Positions 50,882 through 59,914 of a stretch of DNA of 64,000 bases are shown in pieces; position 1 is the stretch's first letter; every line of letters starts with the position of its first letter. This DNA is from Minisyncoccota bacterium (lineage in GTDB: Bacteria > Patescibacteriota > Minisyncoccia > Phycocordibacterales > JAQTLZ01): positions 1,136-65,135 of the forward strand of contig JAQTSY010000003.1 in the NCBI GenBank assembly GCA_028711065.1. The letters run 5' to 3'. The notes under the pieces are model-generated. The model had not been told where the DNA came from. It saw nothing but the letters and a program-made list of their open reading frames with translations, and ran no database searches. The translations under genes and the position numbers were made by a program.

Positions 50882-51529
50882 TCATTCTAGCAAATTTCCA
50901 CACAAGGAAACCAATCGTTCAAAATAAGTTTTAGCTAGTTCTTTTTTATCTTCCGGCAGTTTATCAATAGCTGCAGAAAGTTTTTCTTTGTCAAAATAAA
51001 TACTTGGATAAAATTCGTGATTTCTTTTAAGCCACGCGGGATTGAGTTCAAGATATTTGACAACTCCGTCTTTCAAAGAAAAATTCTGTCCGGCAGAATC
51101 TATGTTTAATCCACTTGCCTTTGCCAGACTTACAAACGTTTTCACCTCTGGTTTTTTTGATATTTCTTCTTGTAACAATCTTTCACTCTCGTCCCCCTCG
51201 GCAGTAAGCTCCTCTTGAAAATACTTCTTGTGTAAAGTTTGGAGCTTATCATGCGTTTCATCTGTTGAGACCCTGTCTGCTTTTAAGTAACCAGTGCGGT
51301 CATGCCAAGTTGCAAATGGATCATCTCCCCTTTCATTTGCGGCTAGATGTATTTCTGGAATATTTTCAGGGAATAAAAGGTGTGCAATTTTGTTGAGATA
51401 AAAAGCACTCTTTATTTGTTCATTTGTAAGCGGCATCTTGAATTCAGCATGAATTCTTTTCTCAGGATTTTCTGAATCAGCATATACTTTTTTGAAGTAT
51501 CCTTCGCCAATTGGTTCGCCGTGTTCCAT
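50882..51529 (-). CDS. Hypothetical protein, possible kinase-like fold
   Basis: Start moved to MEHG; IGEGYFKKVY glycine loop, IDSAGQNF (DxxxxN). Confidence 0.5.
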   Translation of the reverse strand: MEHGEPIGEGYFKKVYADSENPEKRIHAEFKMPLTNEQIKSAFYLNKIAHLLFPENIPEIHLAANERGDDPFATWHDRTGYLKADRVSTDETHDKLQTLHKKYFQEELTAEGDESERLLQEEISKKPEVKTFVSLAKASGLNIDSAGQNFSLKDGVVKYLELNPAWLKRNHEFYPSIYFDKEKLSAAIDKLPEDKKELAKTYFERLVSLCGNLLE

Positions 51530-51599
51530 AATAAGAAAAGTATACACCAACATAATCACTTGTTCACCCCCCTCCCCCAACCTGCTATAATCAGGATAT

Positions 51600-52098
51600 A
51601 TGGGAAACTCGAGCGGAAAAAACATTGCCGGTGGTGTGGTGCATAGCATGCCGGCGGATTTGCGAAAGGCCATTGCCTCTGACAAAGCGGCACTTTCACT
51701 CTGGCAGGATATTACGCCGCTTGTGAGAAGTGGGTGAGTTGATGGGTAGGGACCCATCGACGCAAGACTCATTGAGGGCTTTTATGAGCGAAGCAAAATA
51801 AAAGACCCAATGAGTGGATAGTGTCTGTAAGACAGGGACCCACTTCGCAAGGCCGGAGCCTGACGAGGCGAGGCAGGGCTGAAAGATTTTTCAGCAGAAA
51901 AATACTTTTGGCCGCAATGAGTGGATTTGCTGGGTCATCTCCGGCAAAAAGACGGAGACGCGAGACATCCGCAGGAAGAATGCCCTCTCAAAAATGAGAG
52001 GCGGAATGCGCCGCCCGTGTTGTTGGGTGGGCTGTACTCATCGGACGGATAAATCAATGAGTCGTTCCCAAAAATTCGTAGTTGGTAGAGGCAAATAA
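51600..52098 (+). pseudogene. YdeI/OmpD-associated family gene interrupted by a 187-bp insert
   Basis: 51600-51722 encodes ..GGVVHSMPADLRKAI..WQDITPL; 51910-52098 encodes GRNEWICWV..RRPCCWVGCTHR; joined they give 103 aa. Confidence 0.85.
51723..51909 (+). mobile_element. Composite module A + B structured insertion
   Basis: TTG at both junctions; contains a copy (51808-19) and an antisense copy (51767-74) of the downstream flank CAATGAGTGGAT (51915-26). Confidence 0.8.
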
Positions 52099-52152
52099 AA
52101 AACTGGGACAACGTTCGCACGTCATCCCAGAATGTTCTCCGTCAGAATAAAT

Positions 52153-52467
52153 TCACCCAGTAGTCTCTGAGTGGAAGCAATAGATGTGCCTCCCAGAATC
52201 AATCCGCCGCCTTTCAGCCTGCCATTCTTCGAAACGTGCCTTGTCGAGGCTAGCTCTTATCGCGAACAGGCACCGGAGCCGTGATTCTAACTCGGCCCGC
52301 ACAATGTCATCGGGGCGACGTACGAACTCGCCACGTGTATCCCCGGGTTGTGGGTCGTAGACCTTATCTTCAGGAAGAAGAGGCATTTTCACCGCACCCG
52401 CATCCGCCTCCGCCATCAACGCTGCAATCTCCTCTTTCGAGAGGTTTCTCTGGAATCTTTGAGGCAT
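52153..52467 (-). CDS. Hypothetical protein
   Basis: AGGAG RBS before MPQRF; no recognised motif. Confidence 0.55.
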   Translation of the reverse strand: MPQRFQRNLSKEEIAALMAEADAGAVKMPLLPEDKVYDPQPGDTRGEFVRRPDDIVRAELESRLRCLFAIRASLDKARFEEWQAERRRIDSGRHIYCFHSETTG

Positions 52468-52513
52468 TGTCTTGCTCCTTTCTAAAATGACCTCGTCAGA
52501 CCACACACTAGCT

Positions 52514-53692
52514 CTAATTTTTCAAAATGTCTACTATTTCCTCCACCAAATACTTGTCGGCGGCTTCAGTATTCCCCGCCATGACCACCTCAACAGGCTT
52601 CGGCTTGTCTCCGTTTTCGGCAGAGAGTTTGATACGCAAATTTTTATGCTCCCCTTCGGCATAGTTATTCTCAATCATCGCAAAACTGGCGTCTAAAATG
52701 CTCTGATGCGAGCGGTAGTTGCCGGTGAGCGAAATGACCTTCATCCCCTTCCAGAGATTTTGAAAACGCAAAAAGTTCTCGACGGACGCGCCCTGGAAAC
52801 GGAAAATAGCCTGCTTCTCATCCCCCACCACGAAGAGATTGGGATTGTCGAAAAAGTCGGCGATAGCACGAATGAGCATATTTTGCGAATCATTGGTGTC
52901 CTGATGCTCGTCAACGAGAATGTAGAGAAATTTCTCCTGGAGCATTTGCAGAAGAAGCTTGTCGGTGCGCAGTGCTGTGAGAAGCTCGATGATGAGGTCG
53001 TCAAAATCCATTTTTCGGTCGGCGCGTTTCTTTTCTTCGTAGGCGAGATAGGCATCGGCAAAGATAATCGTGCGCTCGCATTTTTCAATTCGCTTCAATG
53101 CATCGCCTTTGAGCTGCCCTTTTGTCGGCCCGCGAGTGGAGAGAGATGCTTCATCCTGCTTCACCCGCTCGATTTCTTCAGTGGCAAAAGTCCGCACGAT
53201 TTCCGGCGTCCAAGCTTCTTTTTTGGAATCGCGGATTGCGCCGAGAATTTTGCCAACATAGAAATCCGGCTCGCCGGCAGGGCGGAGCTTCCCAAATTTC
53301 TTATCGCGCAAAATGGTGCGGACGAGGGTTTCCGATTCAATATCAGTGATTTGTTTGGTGCGGGAGAGATGCGGAAAATGATCCGGGAATTCGGCAATTA
53401 CAGAGCCAGCAAAGCCGTGATAGGTATGTACTCGCACCTCCTCTGCGCGCGCTCCGATGAGCGCGCGCAGTCTCCGCTTCATCTCTTTGGCCCCAGCTTC
53501 AGTGAAAGTCAAACACAAAATCCCGCTCGCAGGCGTGTCAGTCTTAAGCAAAATATTCCCAATCCGCAAAGCCAAAATCTGAGTCTTCCCCGTCCCCGGC
53601 CCCGCAATGACCATAACCGGGCCATCGATCGAGTCGACCGCGAGTTTCTGTTGTTTATTTAATTTTTTGTACTCTGCTTCGAATGTCGTCAT
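52514..53692 (-). CDS. N-terminal half of a UvrD/PcrA-like helicase
   Basis: AGPGTGKT, LTFT, VDEHQD, VGDEKQAIFRFQGA, NYRS. Confidence 0.92.
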   Translation of the reverse strand: MTTFEAEYKKLNKQQKLAVDSIDGPVMVIAGPGTGKTQILALRIGNILLKTDTPASGILCLTFTEAGAKEMKRRLRALIGARAEEVRVHTYHGFAGSVIAEFPDHFPHLSRTKQITDIESETLVRTILRDKKFGKLRPAGEPDFYVGKILGAIRDSKKEAWTPEIVRTFATEEIERVKQDEASLSTRGPTKGQLKGDALKRIEKCERTIIFADAYLAYEEKKRADRKMDFDDLIIELLTALRTDKLLLQMLQEKFLYILVDEHQDTNDSQNMLIRAIADFFDNPNLFVVGDEKQAIFRFQGASVENFLRFQNLWKGMKVISLTGNYRSHQSILDASFAMIENNYAEGEHKNLRIKLSAENGDKPKPVEVVMAGNTEAADKYLVEEIVDILKN

Positions 53693-53700
53693 TTTATTAT

Positions 53701-53835
53701 CAATGGTATCCACTTCCTTACAGGAACTGTACACCTTTTGGACATTTTCTTTGTGATTACACTCGAAACTGTCTCAAAAGGTCTTGCGCCGATGGGTCCC
53801 TACCCATCAGCTCACCTCCCCTGCTTTGGATTGAG
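53701..53835 (-). repeat. Module-A element in the uvrD leader
   Basis: 53781-53816 matches 51733-51768 (reverse complement) at 34/36; GGTGTACAG-TTCCT.GTA.AGGAA. Confidence 0.85.
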
Positions 53836-53900
53836 TTTCTTATATTCCTCCTCGAATTTCATGCCCCAATTGTAGCATTGAAATCACGCTGAAGAAAAAA

Positions 53901-54704
53901 TTATCGGAAATTTGAAAAAGGGTCAACATCATCTCGCCGAGAGTGTTGCATCCTACCTTCTTCAAATATAATCTGCGCCAACTTACTTTTTAAGATCGAT
54001 AGATCGCCATTCTCAATGTCCTTTAGAAACGCTTCAATCTTGTCATAGCTGACAAAATCCACCAAAAAAGTTTTAGACACGTTTTCTTTCGGAGCTAATG
54101 TGTACGTGTAATCAAATTCCAGCTGGAAATTGTTTCGGATCTCTGAAAATTTCCTATCATCTCCCTCCTTCTTGAAAAAATTATCAAAACTCTTTGTAAC
54201 CACCACGGGAAGGTTATAGATGTAGTGAGTTTTTTCACGATAATTTTTCTCATAATAGATCAAAGAATGCACGCTCTGTGTCAAAGCATCATATATGTCA
54301 TCCCGTGTTGCACCCTTCCATGTTTTGGCGACATCCAAGCCTTTTAAATAATGGTTAGCGCGTAAATCAACATAGTCATCGTGCTTTAATATGGAATTAT
54401 CTTTCGCGAGAGTCTTTGCTTTTTCGGAGTTCTTTGTCACAAAATAAAACAAAGTCTCATTTTTTATATACTTACACTCTATAAAAAGTCTTATTAGTAT
54501 AGTTTTGCTTCCTCCCCAAAAGTCATCTTTTACGATAAATTCTTTTCTGGCAATGATATCTATTTCTCTAGATTTACCTGTTAGAACATCCATATAGTAT
54601 GAGGAGATTTGACATGCCCAACCAATGGATGTCAATAATCCAGCAGTATCATGCAAAAGCTCGTCTCCTCCTTCTTCGATGATTTTCAATATTTTTTCTG
54701 ACAT
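53901..54704 (-). CDS. PD-(D/E)XK-fold nuclease-like protein
   Basis: REIDIIA..LFIECK. Confidence 0.65.
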   Translation of the reverse strand: MSEKILKIIEEGGDELLHDTAGLLTSIGWACQISSYYMDVLTGKSREIDIIARKEFIVKDDFWGGSKTILIRLFIECKYIKNETLFYFVTKNSEKAKTLAKDNSILKHDDYVDLRANHYLKGLDVAKTWKGATRDDIYDALTQSVHSLIYYEKNYREKTHYIYNLPVVVTKSFDNFFKKEGDDRKFSEIRNNFQLEFDYTYTLAPKENVSKTFLVDFVSYDKIEAFLKDIENGDLSILKSKLAQIIFEEGRMQHSRRDDVDPFSNFR

Positions 54705-54808
54705 AAAGTGTTTGAATTCTACCCTTTTAAACTATCTTTTGCTAGAAAAAGAGTTAGCTGTGGATAAAACCTATAGAATCCAAAAAGGTATCATACTATA
54801 ATATATAC

Positions 54809-55897
54809 ATGCCTAGTGAACAGATCTTCAAAGCTGTATATTTTCCTGACTACAAAGAAGTAAACCCCAAAGCAAAAGGTTTTATTCTTGCTTTTGGCGA
54901 AAGAAATAAAGATCTCTATAAAAATATCTCAAGTTTTGGAAGCAATGAACTGCGGGAACTTCTGGGAACAAATTCTTATCTTGAATTGGAGCAACGGGCA
55001 CAACAGGAAGGATTACCTGTGAATACATATTGTCTTTGGTATTTGCGTAAAAATCTGGAGACGGTAGATAAAAGAAGCTGGCGAAATAAAACCAAAAAAA
55101 CGTTCGTTGATTTCGAAAACAAGGTTATCAAGGGTGATTGCCTTGATGTGATGGCGGATATACCCTCAAAATCGATCGACATGGTCTTGTGCGATCTTCC
55201 TTATGGAACAACACAAAACCACTGGGATAGTGTTATCCCTCTGGATAAATTATGGGGGCATTACAATCGAATCGTGAAAGATGATGGTGTCGTCGCGCTA
55301 ACAGGACAAGGGCTTTTTACAGCAAACTTGATGTTATCGAATCCTCAATCGTTCAAGTATAAAATAACCTGGGTAAAGTCAAAACCGACTAATTTCTTAA
55401 ACGCGAAAAAGCAACCACTCCGTAAACACGAAGACATTTGCATTTTTTATCGTGCTCAACCGAGATATACTCCGCAAATGACTTACGGAGAGCCTTATAA
55501 TAAAGGTTTCAGAAAAGATCAACTCACAGGAAGCTACGGCGATTTCAAAACTGTTGAAGTTAAAAGCAATGGTGAACGATACCCAACTGATGTCGTATAC
55601 TTCAAAACGGCAGAAAGTGAGGGCGAGGTATTCCATCCTACACAGAAACCAGTCGAGCTAGGACGCTATCTTATTCGCACTTACACAAACAAAGGAGACG
55701 TTGTTTTAGATAATACATGTGGAAGTGGAAGTTTTCTCGTATCAGCAGTTCTAGAGGGAAGAAAATTCATCGGTATCGAAAAAAATGAAGACATCTACCT
55801 CCACAGAAAAGAACAGACTGATTACATTGAAGTTTGCAAAAAGAGAATTAGACAAGCTCAAATGGAGTATAAAGCAAAAGCAGGTAAACTTCTTTAG
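54809..55897 (+). CDS. Beta-class N6/N4 DNA methyltransferase
   Basis: GDCL, DLPY, HPTQKP, VLDNTCGSGS. Confidence 0.92.
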   Translation: MPSEQIFKAVYFPDYKEVNPKAKGFILAFGERNKDLYKNISSFGSNELRELLGTNSYLELEQRAQQEGLPVNTYCLWYLRKNLETVDKRSWRNKTKKTFVDFENKVIKGDCLDVMADIPSKSIDMVLCDLPYGTTQNHWDSVIPLDKLWGHYNRIVKDDGVVALTGQGLFTANLMLSNPQSFKYKITWVKSKPTNFLNAKKQPLRKHEDICIFYRAQPRYTPQMTYGEPYNKGFRKDQLTGSYGDFKTVEVKSNGERYPTDVVYFKTAESEGEVFHPTQKPVELGRYLIRTYTNKGDVVLDNTCGSGSFLVSAVLEGRKFIGIEKNEDIYLHRKEQTDYIEVCKKRIRQAQMEYKAKAGKLL

Positions 55898-56811
55898 ATT
55901 CCTGTGTATGGTTCTTCTTGGAGAACATTCCGCGCTTTTTCGATTTCAGCTTCAGTAACAATTCCCTTTTCTTTCAAATATTTAAGAAGGTGAAAATATT
56001 GATTTGCGTGTAAAATAGGTTTTACAATTTTTTGCAAATTTAATTCTTTTTGAACCAGAGAAAGATGTTTTTCAGAAAGAACACCGCGCCCTATTAGATC
56101 GTAAGTGATTCGTAAAGCATCAACTGCTGTCAAATTCAAATCACCGCTGTGTGTTTTGTCCTGTTCAATATCCGAAGGTTCAATGCTTAAAAGATCGTTT
56201 ATTTCATTAAATCCATTCAGATTTCGATTGTAATATTCTATTTCTTGTCCTCGATAAGTGAACCATGTTCTTCCTTGTTCAGTGAGAGAGCCTCGCGGTA
56301 AATAAACACCTTCGTGTATTACTCGTTCTTTTGATGCCCAACCGCAGATATAAAGTATCCATTTCCTTTGTCTTGTTGTACCAGGAAGATCCCTCTTGCT
56401 CGGAGTTTCCAGATGAGTCATCACATAAATATCAGCGTCCAGCCTTTCATCATACATCTGCCGGGCAAAGAAATTATGCTTTGCTTCCCTTACAATACCA
56501 TCACTGCTTTCGTATTCCTCTTTGAATGGTAAAGCCCCGCCGCGACACTTTACATCAACCTTTATCCCAGAGGGAAGTAAAATGTCATACCCGAGAGGAT
56601 GATCCTCAGGTTTGATTTCTGGCATACCCAACTTATTTCGTATAACTATCTCCGCAAGCGCGCCAAACCCCTGCTCTTCTGAACTACCCCGTTCTGCACC
56701 GGTACTATTTTTATTTGCTGCTAAGTAATCGGCAGCTTTTTGTCTTAGTTGGAAACCTAACTCGTCTGCGAGTTTCAAGACTATGGGTTTGGGGTGAAAA
56801 TATTTATACAT
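55894..56811 (-). CDS. Putative type II restriction endonuclease
   Basis: GALAE..GYDI..VDVK; convergent with the MTase, 4-bp overlap. Confidence 0.6.
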   Translation of the reverse strand: MYKYFHPKPIVLKLADELGFQLRQKAADYLAANKNSTGAERGSSEEQGFGALAEIVIRNKLGMPEIKPEDHPLGYDILLPSGIKVDVKCRGGALPFKEEYESSDGIVREAKHNFFARQMYDERLDADIYVMTHLETPSKRDLPGTTRQRKWILYICGWASKERVIHEGVYLPRGSLTEQGRTWFTYRGQEIEYYNRNLNGFNEINDLLSIEPSDIEQDKTHSGDLNLTAVDALRITYDLIGRGVLSEKHLSLVQKELNLQKIVKPILHANQYFHLLKYLKEKGIVTEAEIEKARNVLQEEPYTGI

Positions 56812-56905
56812 AACGGAAAATATGTACTCAAAGCATAGCTCAAATCAACACTATTCACAATAATGCGAAAAAACTAAACTCTTGAGATTCTTTTTACAAA
56901 AAATA

Positions 56906-58210
56906 TTAATGCACCAAACCTAAATAAGGAATGTCGATGTGTTTTCTATCCGTCTCACCCCAGAAAAGGGTGAGGCGGCGCGCGGGCTTACTAGCCCGCG
57001 CGCCTTGATGCTGATTTTCATTCATTGCTCGCGCGGAGGAGCCGAGGTAGACGGTGTGTTTGCCAAACTTGTGGTTGAGGTTGTCGATTGCTTGAAAAAT
57101 TTTTACCGAGGCTTCGATGCCAGCACTCTTGCCGAAAAGGTCGAGGGTGGCGGCCTGCGGGTCGATGAGAGAAAAAAGGGTGATGCCGGAGGCCCGGTAG
57201 CGCTCGCGGGGATTAAACACTTGGTCGAAATACTGGCCGACAGCGTCGATGATTTCAAGTGGCGAGGAGGTGGCGAGCGGGAGCTTCAACTCGAGGCCAG
57301 CGTAGCGGAAGTCGTGAGTTTTGAGGAAGAAGGAGATTTGGCGCGCCGCCACGGAGTGGCGGCGCGCCTTGATACACGCATTCTCGATATTTTTAGAAAG
57401 CTGGGAGAAAACAAAACTTTTGTCCGACGTCGCTGGCGTAAACGTCCTCGACCTTATAATCGAGCCGATTTCGTCGACAGGCGTCGTCACGAGCTTCTTC
57501 ACATACTCGCCGTGAAGCTCGTACCAAATCTCTTTGTAGGGTTTCGAAATGCGGTAGCGCTCCAGCCACTCCAAGGGCTTGCGTGCAAAATCGAGCGCGC
57601 TCACAATCCCCAATTTTTGCAAATACAGCGAGGTTTGTCCGCCAATCCCCCAAATTTTCCCCACAGGCAAATCTTTCAAAAAGAGATGAATGTTTCTCGC
57701 CGGAATGACGGTAAAGCCGGCGGGCTTTTTGTGCTTGGAGCCGATTTTCGCCACTACCTTGTTGGGACCGAGCCCCACGCCAAAGGTCACCCCCAGCCTC
57801 TTTTCCAGATCATTTTTTATCATGAGGGCGATAGCATCATAGGGCATTTTGTAATGCATGCGGAGCCCCGTAATATCGGCAAAACATTCATCAATGCTGT
57901 ATTCCTCCACATCCGGCGTATATTCCCGCACAATGTTGTACATCCTGCGGGCAAAGATAGAATAGCTTTCATAGTCGGATGGCAAGATGATTGCCTCCGG
58001 ACAGACTTTCTTTATCTCCTGTATGGTCATGCCCCGCGTCACCCCGCGAGCTTTGGCTTCATAGCTAAGCGAGGCGGCAATATTGCGCTCGCCACCGGTA
58101 ATGACGGGCTTGCCACGGAGCTTGTAGTTGAGCATCTGCTCGACAGAAGCGAAAAAAGCATCACCATCGAAGTGGACGATCGCACGAGGGAACGAGCGGA
58201 GGGAGAGCAT
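56906..58210 (-). CDS. Y-family DNA polymerase (DinB/UmuC)
   Basis: HFDGDAFFASVE, SYEAK, YSIDE, KIWGIG. Confidence 0.93.
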   Translation of the reverse strand: MLSLRSFPRAIVHFDGDAFFASVEQMLNYKLRGKPVITGGERNIAASLSYEAKARGVTRGMTIQEIKKVCPEAIILPSDYESYSIFARRMYNIVREYTPDVEEYSIDECFADITGLRMHYKMPYDAIALMIKNDLEKRLGVTFGVGLGPNKVVAKIGSKHKKPAGFTVIPARNIHLFLKDLPVGKIWGIGGQTSLYLQKLGIVSALDFARKPLEWLERYRISKPYKEIWYELHGEYVKKLVTTPVDEIGSIIRSRTFTPATSDKSFVFSQLSKNIENACIKARRHSVAARQISFFLKTHDFRYAGLELKLPLATSSPLEIIDAVGQYFDQVFNPRERYRASGITLFSLIDPQAATLDLFGKSAGIEASVKIFQAIDNLNHKFGKHTVYLGSSARAMNENQHQGARASKPARRLTLFWGETDRKHIDIPYLGLVH

Positions 58211-58261
58211 GATAGATATTTATAAGGTTGACAACTGCGAACAATTTGCTAGTATAAGGGT

Positions 58262-58350
58262 ACAAATGGCCTTCGGGCTCGGTCTACCGCAAGGTAGATC
58301 AGAAAATGCAAAACCGCGATTAAAGGAAACCTTTAATCGCGGTTTTGATT
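58262..58350 (+). ncRNA. Candidate small RNA convergent with pemK
   Basis: TTGACA 58228, TGcTAGTAT 58247-55; TTCG and GCAA tetraloop hairpins; 18-bp terminator overlapping the pemK 3' end. Confidence 0.55.
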
Positions 58351-58715
58351 TCTGTAAATGATTTATCGTCTGCTACACCAAGCTTGTCTATAAAACGCTT
58401 CGTATCGATGAGGCGGACTTGGGAAATAATCGCCATGCGCATAGTTTCATCACCGACAGAACACGGCACATAATACTTATTATTCTTTTTGATTTTGGTC
58501 GTAAGCGGGACAACCAACACGACAAATTTGTTGAATTTCTTCAGTATCAAAACCGGGCGGCGAAATTCTTCGCCCTTGCCATCTTGTTCAAATCCAATGT
58601 TCACCCCAAGTGCCGCCCACCAGACCTCCTTTTCACGAAAAAAGATCGAGTCAATGTCCTCTCGTTCATTTAACACTTCTTTCTTCTTATGCCACTTGCC
58701 GTACTCTTTTTTCAT
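58320..58715 (-). CDS. PemK/MazF-family toxin, no adjacent protein antitoxin
   Basis: EVWW..LGVNIGFEQDG..RPVLILK..VPLTT..ISQVRLID.KR. Confidence 0.9.
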   Translation of the reverse strand: MKKEYGKWHKKKEVLNEREDIDSIFFREKEVWWAALGVNIGFEQDGKGEEFRRPVLILKKFNKFVVLVVPLTTKIKKNNKYYVPCSVGDETMRMAIISQVRLIDTKRFIDKLGVADDKSFTEIKTAIKGFL

Positions 58716-58740
58716 ATAGTTATTTAATAAATAGTAATTT

Positions 58741-59310
58741 TTACTTTTTATACTTACGGAAGGTAGAGACGACAACTCCGAGGATCTGTCCTTCCCGCGG
58801 ATAAATCGGAGCGTATTTCTCATTCGCCGCTTCGAGGTAGAATTTGCCGGCCTTTTTGCGCAGGTATTTTATGGTGTAGCCGTCTTCGGTCAGGGCCACG
58901 ACAATATCGCCCGGCTTGTAGTCGGATGTTTTTTCGAGGATGACCATGTCGCCCGGCTGGAGCCCCGCGTCAATCATCGAATCACCTTCCACTTGGAGGA
59001 GAAAGCTGGCGTCCTTGTCGCGGATGAGATATTCGCCCACGGTGATGGTGTCGGCGAGCTCGTCCTCAGCAGGAGAAGCAAAGCCGGCGCGCACGTGACC
59101 CAAGAGCCGGAGCTCGTGGAGCTTGCCGGTGGGGACGAGCTTGCCGAGACTGTCCTTCTCAACACTTCCCTCTTTGACGAGTGCTTGGATAACATAAAAG
59201 GCGGAACTGCGTGAGCGGAATTTGAAAAGCGCCATGACCTCGGTGATGGTCGGCATGCGTTTATGGTCGCGATAGAATTTAAAAACTTTTTTGGAGTAGC
59301 TTTTCCTCAT
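58741..59310 (-). CDS. lexA: LexA-type repressor/S24 peptidase
   Basis: MPTITEV wHTH, AG cleavage site (VRAGF), GDSM, TIK. Confidence 0.85.
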   Translation of the reverse strand: MRKSYSKKVFKFYRDHKRMPTITEVMALFKFRSRSSAFYVIQALVKEGSVEKDSLGKLVPTGKLHELRLLGHVRAGFASPAEDELADTITVGEYLIRDKDASFLLQVEGDSMIDAGLQPGDMVILEKTSDYKPGDIVVALTEDGYTIKYLRKKAGKFYLEAANEKYAPIYPREGQILGVVVSTFRKYKK

Positions 59311-59320
59311 CCCTCCATTA

Positions 59321-59340
59321 TATCGAACATTTGTTCGATA
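59321..59340. promoter_or_regulatory. SOS box CGAAC-N4-GTTCG
   Basis: TATCGAACATTTGTTCGATA abutting the TATAAT of lexA. Confidence 0.85.
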
Positions 59341-59365
59341 GCAAGGATTTGAGGGGAAAAGTCTT

Positions 59366-59788
59366 TTATGCGTTGCGTTTGAGACTTCGCAAAAAGTAGA
59401 CAGCGACAATGATAGCCGCAACAATGAGGGTGATGTGAAATCCGATATCGATCTTGATGAGGCCGGAGAGATTCATGCCGTTGACGCGATGAAGATTGTC
59501 ATGCGGCCACCAGTTCATGAGAAGCCATGCGATGGAGATGTAGGTTGCAAGGGTAAAGTTTTTCGCTTCAGGCATTACATTTTTTACCGACTTGTAGCCG
59601 AAAATTAAGAACGAGACACCAAGACCAAAAGCGATATCTTCCACAATTGCGATGACAATAAAAAATGGCAGCTGGAAGCTTGTCGGCACAGGTGCTCCCA
59701 TCATGTCCGGCCAGATGACTCGAGTAAGGAGAAACGTAGCGATAGCACACACTAGCGTGACGATAACAACTTTTGTTTTTGTTTTCAT
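59366..59788 (-). CDS. Four-TM hypothetical protein
   Basis: Hydrophobic segments; WWPHDNLH. Confidence 0.75.
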   Translation of the reverse strand: MKTKTKVVIVTLVCAIATFLLTRVIWPDMMGAPVPTSFQLPFFIVIAIVEDIAFGLGVSFLIFGYKSVKNVMPEAKNFTLATYISIAWLLMNWWPHDNLHRVNGMNLSGLIKIDIGFHITLIVAAIIVAVYFLRSLKRNA

Positions 59789-59914
59789 ATCCAAATATTC
59801 TACCTTTTTCTAGCTACGTTGACTAGAAAGCGGCGCGGCCCAGAGGGCCGCGCCGCATTTAGGTGATATACTACAAGGGAACCTGTCTCTTTTTTTATTC
59901 ATCTTAAAAAATAT

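Noticed and set aside
51723-51909. Canonical group I or II intron
   Set aside because: Very short, no recognisable P7 or domain V, and the frame-restoring junctions do not fit the splice rules
51860-51912. Hammerhead-like CTGACGA...GAAA inside the YdeI insert
   Set aside because: No stem I adjacent to the core, and the other module-B copies lack CTGANGA
52706-53662. 318-aa plus-strand ORF
   Set aside because: Antisense to the uvrD N-terminal half
56939-58225. 428-aa plus-strand ORF
   Set aside because: Antisense shadow of the GC-rich polymerase gene; no motifs
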